Assembly: GCA_033764955.1 (NCBI GenBank)
Contig: JANRIL010000038.1
Location: 1-64,000 of the forward strand
Direction: 5' to 3'
DNA length: 64,000 bases
Source of the DNA: Cyanobacteriota bacterium
Lineage (GTDB): Bacteria > Cyanobacteriota > Cyanobacteriia > Thermostichales > Thermostichaceae
In this document: positions 18,838 to 27,887 of the stretch, piece by piece
Numbering within the stretch: position 1 is the first letter of the stretch
Layout: every line of letters begins with the position of its first letter
The notes under the pieces: generated by a model
The model's input: only the letters and a program-made list of their open reading frames with translations
Database searches by the model: none
What the model was told of the DNA's origin: nothing
Position numbers and translations under genes: made by a program

Positions 18838-21566
18838 TGGATTCACTTTTATTGTGGGCAAAATTAGATAAACAAAAGAAGGGCTTGTTCCATCCCCCTT
18901 TGTTTCATTTATTGGATACTGCAACAGTTGCAAAGCAGCTTTTGCTAGAAGGATTACCCCTGGCCTTAATGAATAGGCTAACGAAAGGTTTGGAAATCAC
19001 TCAGGAAAGTCTCCTACGGTTTGTTCCATTTTTATGCGGTGTTCACGATCTTGGCAAGATTGCACCTGATTTTGAATTTCAAAATGACCAAGGAGTAGAA
19101 ATAGCAGTCAGATTAATGGGGAAAGAAGTTTATCAGAAGTGGCTCGACAGGAAGGAAGGGGAAAAAATACCTCATGGTACGATTACAGCCGTCACACTCC
19201 CCCAATACTTAAAGGAACTGGGTGTAGAACCTTTTCTGGCAGAAGAAATCGCTGCTATTACAGGAGGTCATCACGGAATTATTCCTCACCCTGAAGATAT
19301 TAGAGAAGCGTCTCATCGAAAATTCAATATTGGGAAAAAACAGTGGCAAGATTTTCGCAAAGAGACAATTGATGCGCTAGTCAAATACACTCAAATCAGC
19401 ACCATAGACTTTCCCAAGGTTATTGCGGCTGCCTCCAAAATTATTCTGGCTGGCTTGGTAACTCTTTCAGACTGGATAGCCTCAAATCCAGATTGGTTTC
19501 CCTACTCCAATGATCCACTTGAAGATTATGTTAAAACGCTCGATAAAAAAGTTGAAACGGCATTGAGAGAATCCGGCTGGATTGGCTGGGAGCAGCATAT
19601 AGAGCCGATCAGATTGAGGGATTTATTCAAATATATTGAGAACTTTTTGCCTCGCAACCTGCAAGAGAAGGTTGAGGAATTACTTCCGGAATTTACAGAA
19701 CAGCCTGCTCTTTTTATCATTGAAGCTCCTACAGGAGAGGGAAAAACAGAAACCGCGATCACGGTTGCTGAATGGTGTGGGACGCAATCAGGGATTGCAA
19801 AGGGAGCTTATTTTGCCCTTCCGACTCAAGCGACAAGCAATCAGCTTTATGGACGGATTCAGGAATTTTTGGAACATCGTTATCCCAACCAAACTACTCC
19901 ATTGAATTTGGTTCATAGTCATGCTCAATTGTCGGAAGACTTTAGCAAAACCATTGTTTGTCGGTTAGATCAGGTTCATGAGGAAGATGGTACTGCCCCT
20001 GGCGTGGTTGCCAGTGAATGGTTTACTTACCGGAAACGACCTCTTCTGAGTCCTTGGGGCACGGGAACCATTGACCAAGCCTTGATGGGGATTTTACGCA
20101 GTAAGCATAACTTTGTGCGGTTGCTGGGGTTGGCTGGTAAAACGGTTATTCTGGATGAGATCCATGCCTATGATGCCTACACATCAACACTCATAGAGTC
20201 TTTGCTGGAGTGGCTGGCTGCCCTTGGTTCTCCAGTGGTTGCGATGTCTGCTACCCTCTCTCAGAAGCAACGCCAAGCATTTCTAAACGCTTACAGTCGT
20301 GGATTGGGGCAATCTGCACCAGAATTGGAAGTTTGTCCTTATCCTCGTTTAACGATTTACAACCAATGTCTATCCCAACCCACGACAAGTTCGTTCGAGG
20401 TTAGTGACCTCAATGCTAACCGTAAGATTCGGCTGCAATGGATTGATGAAGAACAAATTCCTGAAATTCTTGATACCGAGCTAGTCAATGGGGGAACTGC
20501 GGCAGTTTTACGCACGTTAGTGGGTTGGGCACAGCAAACCTATGAAGAATTGATTCCTCCCTCATTTAGACAACATGAGCGGCTTTTGTTCCATAGTCGT
20601 TTTCTACACTTTGATCGCAGAAAAATTGAAGAAGATTGCTTGTCAACCTACGGGAAAAAGGTGGATCACACCAAACCTCGCCCCCGGTCTGTTTGTGTCG
20701 CGACTCAGGTGATTGAACAAAGTCTGGATTTAGACTTTGATTTCATGATTTCAGACCTTGCTCCTATCGATCTGCTCATTCAGCGGGTTGGACGGATTTG
20801 GAGGCACAAGCGGGTGCGTCCACCTCGGCTCACTGAACCAACGCTTTACCTGATTAGCCCAAATTTGGATAAGGGCACTCCAGATTTTGACTCTACCGTG
20901 GAGCAATTTATTTATGAACGTCATTTATTGTTGCGAACCTGGGATGCGTTGGAATCACTCAAAGATGGCCAAGGTGATTGTTATCTGGAACTGATGAAGT
21001 GGGTTGATGCACACCATCGGCAAATTGACTGGCTCATTGAACAGGTCTATAACACCTCTCGTTCACCTTTAAAAATGCTTGACTCTCAAGAAGAAAGTGC
21101 TTGGGAGTGCAGCCATCAACAATGGAAAACTCAAGTTGAGGCTGAGCAAGACCTTGCAAAGAAGCGCGACTTACCGCATGTCAATTGTTTAGTTGAAGCT
21201 TATGAACTTACACATCGTCCCGAAAATATGGAGACAGCAACCCGACTAACACCGCTCAATGTCACGGTAGTTCTTGCAGAGGAAACAACAGAGGGCTTAA
21301 TTCTGCCTCGGACTGGGCGACGAATTTATCCCCATCGCAAGCCTAGTAAAGCGGAAGTCAAAGATATTCTCGATCATTCAGTCAACTTGACCAAACAGGG
21401 ACTGGTACAGCAATTGCTGAGATTTCCTCCAGAAGAGGGTTGGACAGAAAATAGTCTACTCCGCAACCTCAAGTTGTTGCGTTTACACAATCGCTCTTAT
21501 CGAGGCATCGCTGGTTGGCAAGTACAACTTGATGATGCTTTGGGTGTCATTACATCTCGCCTCTGA
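18834..21566 (+). CDS. cas3: CRISPR-associated HD nuclease/helicase Cas3
   Basis: HLLD, HDLGK, GHHG, SDWIAS; APTGEGKT; DEIH; SAT; QRVGR. Confidence 0.96.
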   Translation: MMDSLLLWAKLDKQKKGLFHPPLFHLLDTATVAKQLLLEGLPLALMNRLTKGLEITQESLLRFVPFLCGVHDLGKIAPDFEFQNDQGVEIAVRLMGKEVYQKWLDRKEGEKIPHGTITAVTLPQYLKELGVEPFLAEEIAAITGGHHGIIPHPEDIREASHRKFNIGKKQWQDFRKETIDALVKYTQISTIDFPKVIAAASKIILAGLVTLSDWIASNPDWFPYSNDPLEDYVKTLDKKVETALRESGWIGWEQHIEPIRLRDLFKYIENFLPRNLQEKVEELLPEFTEQPALFIIEAPTGEGKTETAITVAEWCGTQSGIAKGAYFALPTQATSNQLYGRIQEFLEHRYPNQTTPLNLVHSHAQLSEDFSKTIVCRLDQVHEEDGTAPGVVASEWFTYRKRPLLSPWGTGTIDQALMGILRSKHNFVRLLGLAGKTVILDEIHAYDAYTSTLIESLLEWLAALGSPVVAMSATLSQKQRQAFLNAYSRGLGQSAPELEVCPYPRLTIYNQCLSQPTTSSFEVSDLNANRKIRLQWIDEEQIPEILDTELVNGGTAAVLRTLVGWAQQTYEELIPPSFRQHERLLFHSRFLHFDRRKIEEDCLSTYGKKVDHTKPRPRSVCVATQVIEQSLDLDFDFMISDLAPIDLLIQRVGRIWRHKRVRPPRLTEPTLYLISPNLDKGTPDFDSTVEQFIYERHLLLRTWDALESLKDGQGDCYLELMKWVDAHHRQIDWLIEQVYNTSRSPLKMLDSQEESAWECSHQQWKTQVEAEQDLAKKRDLPHVNCLVEAYELTHRPENMETATRLTPLNVTVVLAEETTEGLILPRTGRRIYPHRKPSKAEVKDILDHSVNLTKQGLVQQLLRFPPEEGWTENSLLRNLKLLRLHNRSYRGIAGWQVQLDDALGVITSRL

Positions 21567-21607
21567 AATACAAATCAACTCAAATTTCGTTTAGGATCGA
21601 TTGCTCT

Positions 21608-23200
21608 ATGACTTCAGCTACTCCTTCTGTGCAAACTCAACGAACCAGCTTTTCATTGCTCACAGAACCCTGGATTCCAGTCGTCTTTCAGTCGTTGGAA
21701 TACGATATGGTTTCTCTAAAAGATTTATTTCTGCGTTGGGATGACCTCAAAACAGTGCAAGCGGCCAATCCACCTCGCACGATCGCCCTGTGGCGCTGGT
21801 TGATTGCCTTTACTCAATGGTCAATTCAAGGCCCAGCCACCAAAGAGGATTGGGCAGCACTTTGGAATGATCAGGAACTTTGGCAAAGGATTGTTGAAAA
21901 GTTGGAAACGGTGAGCGATCGCCTCGATTTACTTCATCCTAAATATCCTTTTGCTCAATGCCCAGATTTGCTGAAAGAAGCCAATGGAAAACCACCCACT
22001 CCAGCAGCTAAATTGCTCTACCACGATAAGGATACAGGTTTACTTTGGACTCGTTTCAGTCAATGGCAACCTGCATCCCTCACCTATGCAGAAGCAACAC
22101 AAGAACTTTTGCGTCTGCTTTGTGTAGATTTGGGAGGGACAAAATCAGATAAAGATAAAAAGGAAAGATCAGCCCAGTCTGGCTCTTGCATGATGGCTCG
22201 AATTGTCATGCCCTTGGGAGGAACTGTCAAAGAAACCCTTTTGCTAAATCTGCATGAATATAACTCTTCCCCAACTACTTCTCAACGAACTCCTGATTTA
22301 CCCTTATGGGAACAGGGAGAAATTCAAAAAGAATTTCAAAAAGTAAATGGATTGCTCGATTATCTCACGTTTCCTGGAAGGCGAGCATTACTCATTCATG
22401 ATGATGAAAAAGTAGTAGGGGTATATATTTATAGGGGAGAAGAATTATCCATCAAAGAACCTACACCTGCTCAAAAATCAATTATCGAAGCAAATGTATC
22501 CTGGGAGTTTTGGCAAGCATACGTTAACAATAAACCGTTGAACTTGGATGTGCATAAGGCATCTTGGCGAGATGCCGAAGCACTACTACATCCCACTTCT
22601 GATAAGAATCAGAAACCCCGCATCTTTGACTGGTTGGTGAAATGTCGCAAGACAAAATTTGTTCCAGATCCATTACCAGTACAAGTTATGGGATTTGCCC
22701 ATGAAAATCAGAAGCAAGGAAAGCCCTTGCAATGGGTTCACGACACAATGACAATTCCTCAAATTTACTTGGATTCTGGGGAGGCATATCATGCTTTAGT
22801 TCGAGCCTTGAAATATGCAGAAGCAGTCGGAGAACTCTTTAGTGCTAAAACCTATGCCCCTGTTGCTGATGCATTAAATCTATCCAAGCCAAAAGGGAAA
22901 AAAGATAACGACTGGACAAGGTTTATAAAAAATGTTTCATCAATTAGTTCTAGCTATTGGAGTGCATTAGATGCTGAATTTCAGCAATTCATGTTTGATT
23001 TGACAGAAGACGAAGAGGTTGATGAAGATGATGATGAGATTACCTATGGAGGTAAAACGATTCCGGTATGGAAAGACAAGCTGAGAACGATCGCAACAGA
23101 TTTCTATGAGCAGAGTTTATCCGGTGTTTCCAGTTATGAAGCGAAGGCTAGGGGACTCAATGCTTGGCACAAAGAACTTCACAAAGTTTTGGAGAAGTAG
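21608..23200 (+). CDS. cas8e: Type I-E Cascade large subunit Cas8e/Cse1
   Basis: FSLLTEPWIPV; LDLLHP.YPF.Q; DLGG.K; YW..L; position in operon. Confidence 0.88.
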   Translation: MTSATPSVQTQRTSFSLLTEPWIPVVFQSLEYDMVSLKDLFLRWDDLKTVQAANPPRTIALWRWLIAFTQWSIQGPATKEDWAALWNDQELWQRIVEKLETVSDRLDLLHPKYPFAQCPDLLKEANGKPPTPAAKLLYHDKDTGLLWTRFSQWQPASLTYAEATQELLRLLCVDLGGTKSDKDKKERSAQSGSCMMARIVMPLGGTVKETLLLNLHEYNSSPTTSQRTPDLPLWEQGEIQKEFQKVNGLLDYLTFPGRRALLIHDDEKVVGVYIYRGEELSIKEPTPAQKSIIEANVSWEFWQAYVNNKPLNLDVHKASWRDAEALLHPTSDKNQKPRIFDWLVKCRKTKFVPDPLPVQVMGFAHENQKQGKPLQWVHDTMTIPQIYLDSGEAYHALVRALKYAEAVGELFSAKTYAPVADALNLSKPKGKKDNDWTRFIKNVSSISSSYWSALDAEFQQFMFDLTEDEEVDEDDDEITYGGKTIPVWKDKLRTIATDFYEQSLSGVSSYEAKARGLNAWHKELHKVLEK

Positions 23201-23202
23201 TA

Positions 23203-23730
23203 ATGACTGTGACTGAAGATAAGGAGAAAGTCTCTCCGGAGAGGCAGTTTATCAATGAAGTTTGGGAGCGTATTGAGGGCGATCGCGGTGCCATTGCCAC
23301 TCTCAGCCGTTGCTTAAATCGACAATCCTATTACCAACGGCAGGCAGCTCAGTATGTTTATCCCTATTTGCCTGATGAAATTCGCAAGTATCAAAGTGTA
23401 GTCGATCGCTATGTATTTGTAGCCGCTTTGATGGCATCCAATCATCAGCAAGATCCTAAAGAGGCTGAGCAGGGGATGAGTTTTGGTGGGGTATGTCGCC
23501 TTCTCAAGCAGAAACTTGGTGACAACTCGGGTGGGTTGGATCGTCGCTTCCAAGTTTTGCTCAATGCAGACGGGGAAGAGGTTTACCGCTATATCGAAAT
23601 GCTGGCTCCTCTGTTGCGTCAATATCAAGTTCCTTGTGATTGGGCAAAACTACTCGAAGACCTGAATTGGTGGGATTACGAGAACGAAAGTGTTCGCCTA
23701 CGTTGGGCTAGAGACTTTTACCGAGAGTAG
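23203..23730 (+). CDS. cse2: Type I-E small subunit Cas11/Cse2
   Basis: SFG; RRF..LL; DW.KL..DL.WW; RWARDFY. Confidence 0.9.
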   Translation: MTVTEDKEKVSPERQFINEVWERIEGDRGAIATLSRCLNRQSYYQRQAAQYVYPYLPDEIRKYQSVVDRYVFVAALMASNHQQDPKEAEQGMSFGGVCRLLKQKLGDNSGGLDRRFQVLLNADGEEVYRYIEMLAPLLRQYQVPCDWAKLLEDLNWWDYENESVRLRWARDFYRE

Positions 23731-23778
23731 GGTTATTTGCTCAATCGTCCATCAATCTTTAATTTAAGGAGAAAATCC

Positions 23779-25320
23779 ATGGCTGTTTTTCTAGAAGTTC
23801 ATTTGCTGCAATCCACTCCCCCATCCAACATGAACCGGGATCAAAACGGTGCCCCCAAAACGGCTTATTTCGGGGGGATGGAACGGCTACGAGTCAGTTC
23901 TCAGTGTTGGAAGCGGGCAATGCGGCAGCACTATAAAGACACGTTACCTGATGATCACAAAACCTATCGCGATCGTGCTTGGGCGAAGGAATTGGCTAAA
24001 CGCCTCAACCAAAAAGGATTTGATGGTGATCTGAAGGTGGATGAGTCTTCCACTTCGGCTGTGCTGCCAGTGTCGCTGCGAGTGGCTTGGATGTTGTTGA
24101 GTGCCTTGGGTGTCAAACCCAACAAGGGCAACTACGAAGCAGGGATTGTAGACACATTGTTGTTTTTGGGTGAGACAGAGATTCGTCAAATGCTCAAGTT
24201 GGCTGAATCTCACAAAGAATTGCTAATTCGAGTGGCGCAAAATCCACCCAAAGTAGAAAAGAAATCCAAAGGGACGGCGAAAAAACCAAAAGCACAGGAT
24301 ACCGACGAGACACCAGTCGAAGACAAAGTTCCAGAAGTCAGCTATCAATTGCCAGGAACACCGATCAATGGAGGTTTGGGCGGAAGTTACCAGAACAGTC
24401 CCCTAGAAAAGTTGGTGAGTGAAGCAGAGTTCAAAGCTCTTAAGAGCCTGTGTGATGGCATTCAGGGTGTTCTCTACGATAAAAAGAAAAGTCACATTCA
24501 GTCTGTGCCGGGGGATGTGGCTCTCTTCGGTCGGATGCTGGCCTCTTTGCCTGTGGCGAGTGTGGATGCTGCTGTCAGCGTTGCCCATGCGATTTCAGCG
24601 AATACCATCAAACGCGAATTTGACTACTGGACAGCCGCTGGGGATTTTGAGAAGGCGGATAGTGATCAGGGTAAGGGAGGGGAGCATATTGGCGATCGCC
24701 CCTTCTCTAGTGGTGTGTTCTATCGTTATAGCTGCCTGGATCTGGCTCAATTGGTTGAGAATATGGGCGAAAAATTTAAAAATGATCTGGGCCTCATTGT
24801 TGAACACTATCTGGACGCTTTTCTTTACAGTCGTCCCACAGGTTACAGCAAGCAGTTTGGTCATGACACCGTGCCCTTTGCTGGCATGTTTGTGATCCGC
24901 CACTCCCAACCGATTTCATTGGTTCAAGCCTTTGAAACACCGATCAAACCAAAGCCAGACGAATCCATCAGCCAGAAATCCTGGCAAAAAGCAGTTCAGC
25001 ACTGGAATGAAATCCAGCAAGCTCATGGCAAACGGCTACCCGTAGAGGCTGTCCATGTTTTCAGCGAAGCTAGTTTTGCTGAAGTTAGCGATGACAAGAA
25101 ATCGTCAATCGATAAACTTTCTAAAGAATTGCCTGATCGCGCCATCATCAATCTTCTGAAGCTGAAGGCAAAAAATAAGCAAGAATCACCCAACCCTCAA
25201 TCATCTAATCCGTTAGAAGAGCAAAAAGAAGATACTCAACAGAAAGTCTTCTTGCATGTGGACTTCAGCGATGCCATTGAAGCGGCTGTGGCGGATCTAC
25301 TCAAACATCGGGAGGGTTAA
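23779..25320 (+). CDS. cas7e: Type I-E Cas7/Cse4, enlarged (about 513 aa)
   Basis: NMNRDQNGAPKTA.FGG..R.RVSSQ.WKR; DVALFGRM; VAHAIS; DYWTA; FYRY. Confidence 0.92.
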   Translation: MAVFLEVHLLQSTPPSNMNRDQNGAPKTAYFGGMERLRVSSQCWKRAMRQHYKDTLPDDHKTYRDRAWAKELAKRLNQKGFDGDLKVDESSTSAVLPVSLRVAWMLLSALGVKPNKGNYEAGIVDTLLFLGETEIRQMLKLAESHKELLIRVAQNPPKVEKKSKGTAKKPKAQDTDETPVEDKVPEVSYQLPGTPINGGLGGSYQNSPLEKLVSEAEFKALKSLCDGIQGVLYDKKKSHIQSVPGDVALFGRMLASLPVASVDAAVSVAHAISANTIKREFDYWTAAGDFEKADSDQGKGGEHIGDRPFSSGVFYRYSCLDLAQLVENMGEKFKNDLGLIVEHYLDAFLYSRPTGYSKQFGHDTVPFAGMFVIRHSQPISLVQAFETPIKPKPDESISQKSWQKAVQHWNEIQQAHGKRLPVEAVHVFSEASFAEVSDDKKSSIDKLSKELPDRAIINLLKLKAKNKQESPNPQSSNPLEEQKEDTQQKVFLHVDFSDAIEAAVADLLKHREG

Positions 25321-25322
25321 TC

Positions 25323-25982
25323 ATGCCAACCCTTTTACTGCGGTTAGCAGGTCCCCTCCAATCCTGGGGGCGTGGCTCTCGGTTTGACTCTCGCGATACA
25401 GATACGGTTCCAACCCAATCCGGCGTGATTGGGTTAATTGCCTCAGCAATGGGTATTAAACGCTATAACCAGGCGAGGTTAGCAGAAATTGCTCGGTTAC
25501 ATATGGGAGTTTTGATTGAGCGGGAAGGCAAACTGTTGGTTGACTATCACACCGCAATGGGAGCAGTCAAAGCTGATGGAACATCTGACGAAAAGGAGAC
25601 AATTCAGTCCCAACGTCAGTACTTATGCGATGCAGAGTTTCTGGTTGGCTTAGAAAGCAATGATGAAAAGCTACTCAGAGACATCGAACATCATCTTTGT
25701 TTCCCGACCTGGCAACCCTTTCTAGGGCGTAAATCTTGCCCACCCAGCAAGCCCATTTTTGTGGATTTGGTTCCCACAAATTTGCAAGAAACCTTTGACT
25801 CACCTACCACTTTGCAAAATTGTGGAGTTAAACCGGGGAAATATCGCTTAGTGATCCAATCCGATAATCCACAAGCTGCCCTGCGTCTAGACGTTCCTGT
25901 TGACTTTGAACAGCGGATTTTTTCAGTTCGTACCGTGATCACTCAGCCTGTCGAGGTGCCCGATGTATCTGAGCAAAATTGA
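25323..25982 (+). CDS. cas5e: Type I-E Cas5
   Basis: LRLAGPLQSWG; PT.SGV.G; DYHT; YLCDA.F; FLGRKSCPPS. Confidence 0.95.
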   Translation: MPTLLLRLAGPLQSWGRGSRFDSRDTDTVPTQSGVIGLIASAMGIKRYNQARLAEIARLHMGVLIEREGKLLVDYHTAMGAVKADGTSDEKETIQSQRQYLCDAEFLVGLESNDEKLLRDIEHHLCFPTWQPFLGRKSCPPSKPIFVDLVPTNLQETFDSPTTLQNCGVKPGKYRLVIQSDNPQAALRLDVPVDFEQRIFSVRTVITQPVEVPDVSEQN

Positions 25983-26640
25983 TTTAGACCTAACAAAATC
26001 GGGAGTTCGTAAGGATTTAGGTAACCATCATCAGTTGCATCAGAAGGTGATGATGGGCTTTCCTGACCAACGTGAATCAACAGATCTAACCCCTCAGGAG
26101 AACAATGAATGTCGCAAGAATTGGCAAATTCTCTTCCGACTCGAAGGGGCGACGCTGTTGGTGCAATCTGGGGTTAAACCCAATTGGAGTCGATTGCCAA
26201 CAGGGTATACCCCTGATGGGGAGATTCGAGAACTGGATTTTCAAACCATCCAGTCTGGACAACGCTTGAAGTTTCGCTTAGTTGCCAATCCAGTTCAGCA
26301 GCGCACGCACAAACGAACAGACGAGGATGGAAATCCTATTCTCAAAGCTGATGGATCAGGCAAACCCCAGCAAAAGACCTGGCGGCGTTTGATTACCAAA
26401 GAAAATGACCAAATTCAATGGCTAGTTAATCATCTCAAGGGAGCCAAACTGGAGGAGTGCTACATTACTGCACCCAGCAAAATCAATCGTGACCACCAAT
26501 CATCCATTATTCGTACAGTGCAATTTGATGGTGTGTTGCAAGTTGTCAATCCATCTGAATTTCTGGATGTGTTAACGAATGGTATTGGTCGCGGTCGTTC
26601 CTATGGGTGTGGTCTACTGTCCATAGCCAGGATTCTGTAA
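25963..26640 (+). CDS. cas6e: Type I-E Cas6e/Cse3
   Basis: H..VM..FP; FRLVANP; FDG.L.V; GIGRGRSYGCGLL. Confidence 0.95.
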   Translation: MYLSKIDLDLTKSGVRKDLGNHHQLHQKVMMGFPDQRESTDLTPQENNECRKNWQILFRLEGATLLVQSGVKPNWSRLPTGYTPDGEIRELDFQTIQSGQRLKFRLVANPVQQRTHKRTDEDGNPILKADGSGKPQQKTWRRLITKENDQIQWLVNHLKGAKLEECYITAPSKINRDHQSSIIRTVQFDGVLQVVNPSEFLDVLTNGIGRGRSYGCGLLSIARIL

Positions 26641-26670
26641 GCGAAACATTTCTTGATTAGGAAATAAACT

Positions 26671-27594
26671 ATGTCTTCACTACGTCGGATCCCGAAGGTT
26701 CGGGATAGCTTGAGCTTCGTTTATTTTGACCGTTGTCGTATAGAGCAGGATTCTAAAGCTATTGCCGTCTATCAAGAAAATGCCAAATATGTTATTCCCT
26801 GTGCCAGTTTAACGACCCTACTGCTTGGCCCTGGCAGTGTGATTACCCATGCTGCTATCAAAGCACTGGCTGATAACGCTTGTGCTGTCCAATGGGTTGG
26901 AGAAGACAGCCTACGTTTTTACTCTCGGGGAGTCAGTAGTTCGAGCAGTGTAGAACGACTTTATCATCAAACTCGGCTTTGGTCGGATCCAGTTCAACAT
27001 CTCAAAGTGGTTCGACGGATGTATGAGTTTCGATTCCAGGATCCTCTCAAAGAAGGGTTAACTCTGGAACAAATTCGGGGCTTGGAAGGGGTTAGGGTTC
27101 GTACTACCTATAGCCGTATGAGCAAAGCGACAGGAGTGGAATGGAAAGGCCGTGATTATAAGTTAAGTAACTGGGATAATTCAGATCCGATCAATCGCAC
27201 TCTTTCAAAGGCTAACACTTGTCTTTACGCGGTATGTCAAGCGGCTCTAAATGCTGTGGGCTATTCTTCTGCTCTGGGATTTATTCATACCGGAAAGTCA
27301 CTTTCTTTTGTGTATGATATCGCAGATCTTTACAAAACGGAAACTACAATTCCAGCAGCATTTGAGGCGGTAGCTGAGTTTGGACAGACCGCAGAGTCCA
27401 AGGTTCGTCATAAGTGTCGGGAAAAGTTTGGGGATCTTCGCTTAATGCAGCGCATTATCGAGGATGTGGATCGGATTTTGCAAATTGGGGAGGTGAATGA
27501 ATCAGCTTTACCCGTAGGTCAATTGTGGGATCCTGACCAAGGCTTGGTTGAAGGTGGCCAGAGTTGGGGTGAAGAACCTACCCAGGAGGAGTGA
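26671..27594 (+). CDS. cas1: Type I-E Cas1
   Basis: LLLGPG..ITHAA; RGLEG.RVR; LGFIHTGK.LSFVYDIADLYK. Confidence 0.96.
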   Translation: MSSLRRIPKVRDSLSFVYFDRCRIEQDSKAIAVYQENAKYVIPCASLTTLLLGPGSVITHAAIKALADNACAVQWVGEDSLRFYSRGVSSSSSVERLYHQTRLWSDPVQHLKVVRRMYEFRFQDPLKEGLTLEQIRGLEGVRVRTTYSRMSKATGVEWKGRDYKLSNWDNSDPINRTLSKANTCLYAVCQAALNAVGYSSALGFIHTGKSLSFVYDIADLYKTETTIPAAFEAVAEFGQTAESKVRHKCREKFGDLRLMQRIIEDVDRILQIGEVNESALPVGQLWDPDQGLVEGGQSWGEEPTQEE

Positions 27595-27595
27595 G

Positions 27596-27868
27596 ATGGT
27601 GGTGTTTATCTTACAAAATGTCGCTCCCAGCCTACGGGGTGAATTGAGTCGGTGGCTCTTTGAGGTCAAAGCTGGTGTGTTTACTGGGCGGGTTTCGGCT
27701 TTGGTGAGAGATGAGTTGTGGGAGATGGTTACCAAAAAGATCAAGGACGGATCCGCTGTCATGGTTTACACCACTAACTCTGAACAAGGGTTTGCTGCCC
27801 GAATTTTGGGGGATCCTACTCGGACTCTTGTAGACATAGAAGGAGTACTGATTGTCAAAACAGCCTGA
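27596..27868 (+). CDS. cas2: Type I-E Cas2 (no DnaQ fusion)
   Basis: LRGELSRWLFEV.AGVFTG.VSA.VRD.LW; EQGF; VD.EG. Confidence 0.95.
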   Translation: MVVFILQNVAPSLRGELSRWLFEVKAGVFTGRVSALVRDELWEMVTKKIKDGSAVMVYTTNSEQGFAARILGDPTRTLVDIEGVLIVKTA

Positions 27869-27887
27869 TATCAGCAAAAGTGGAAGT

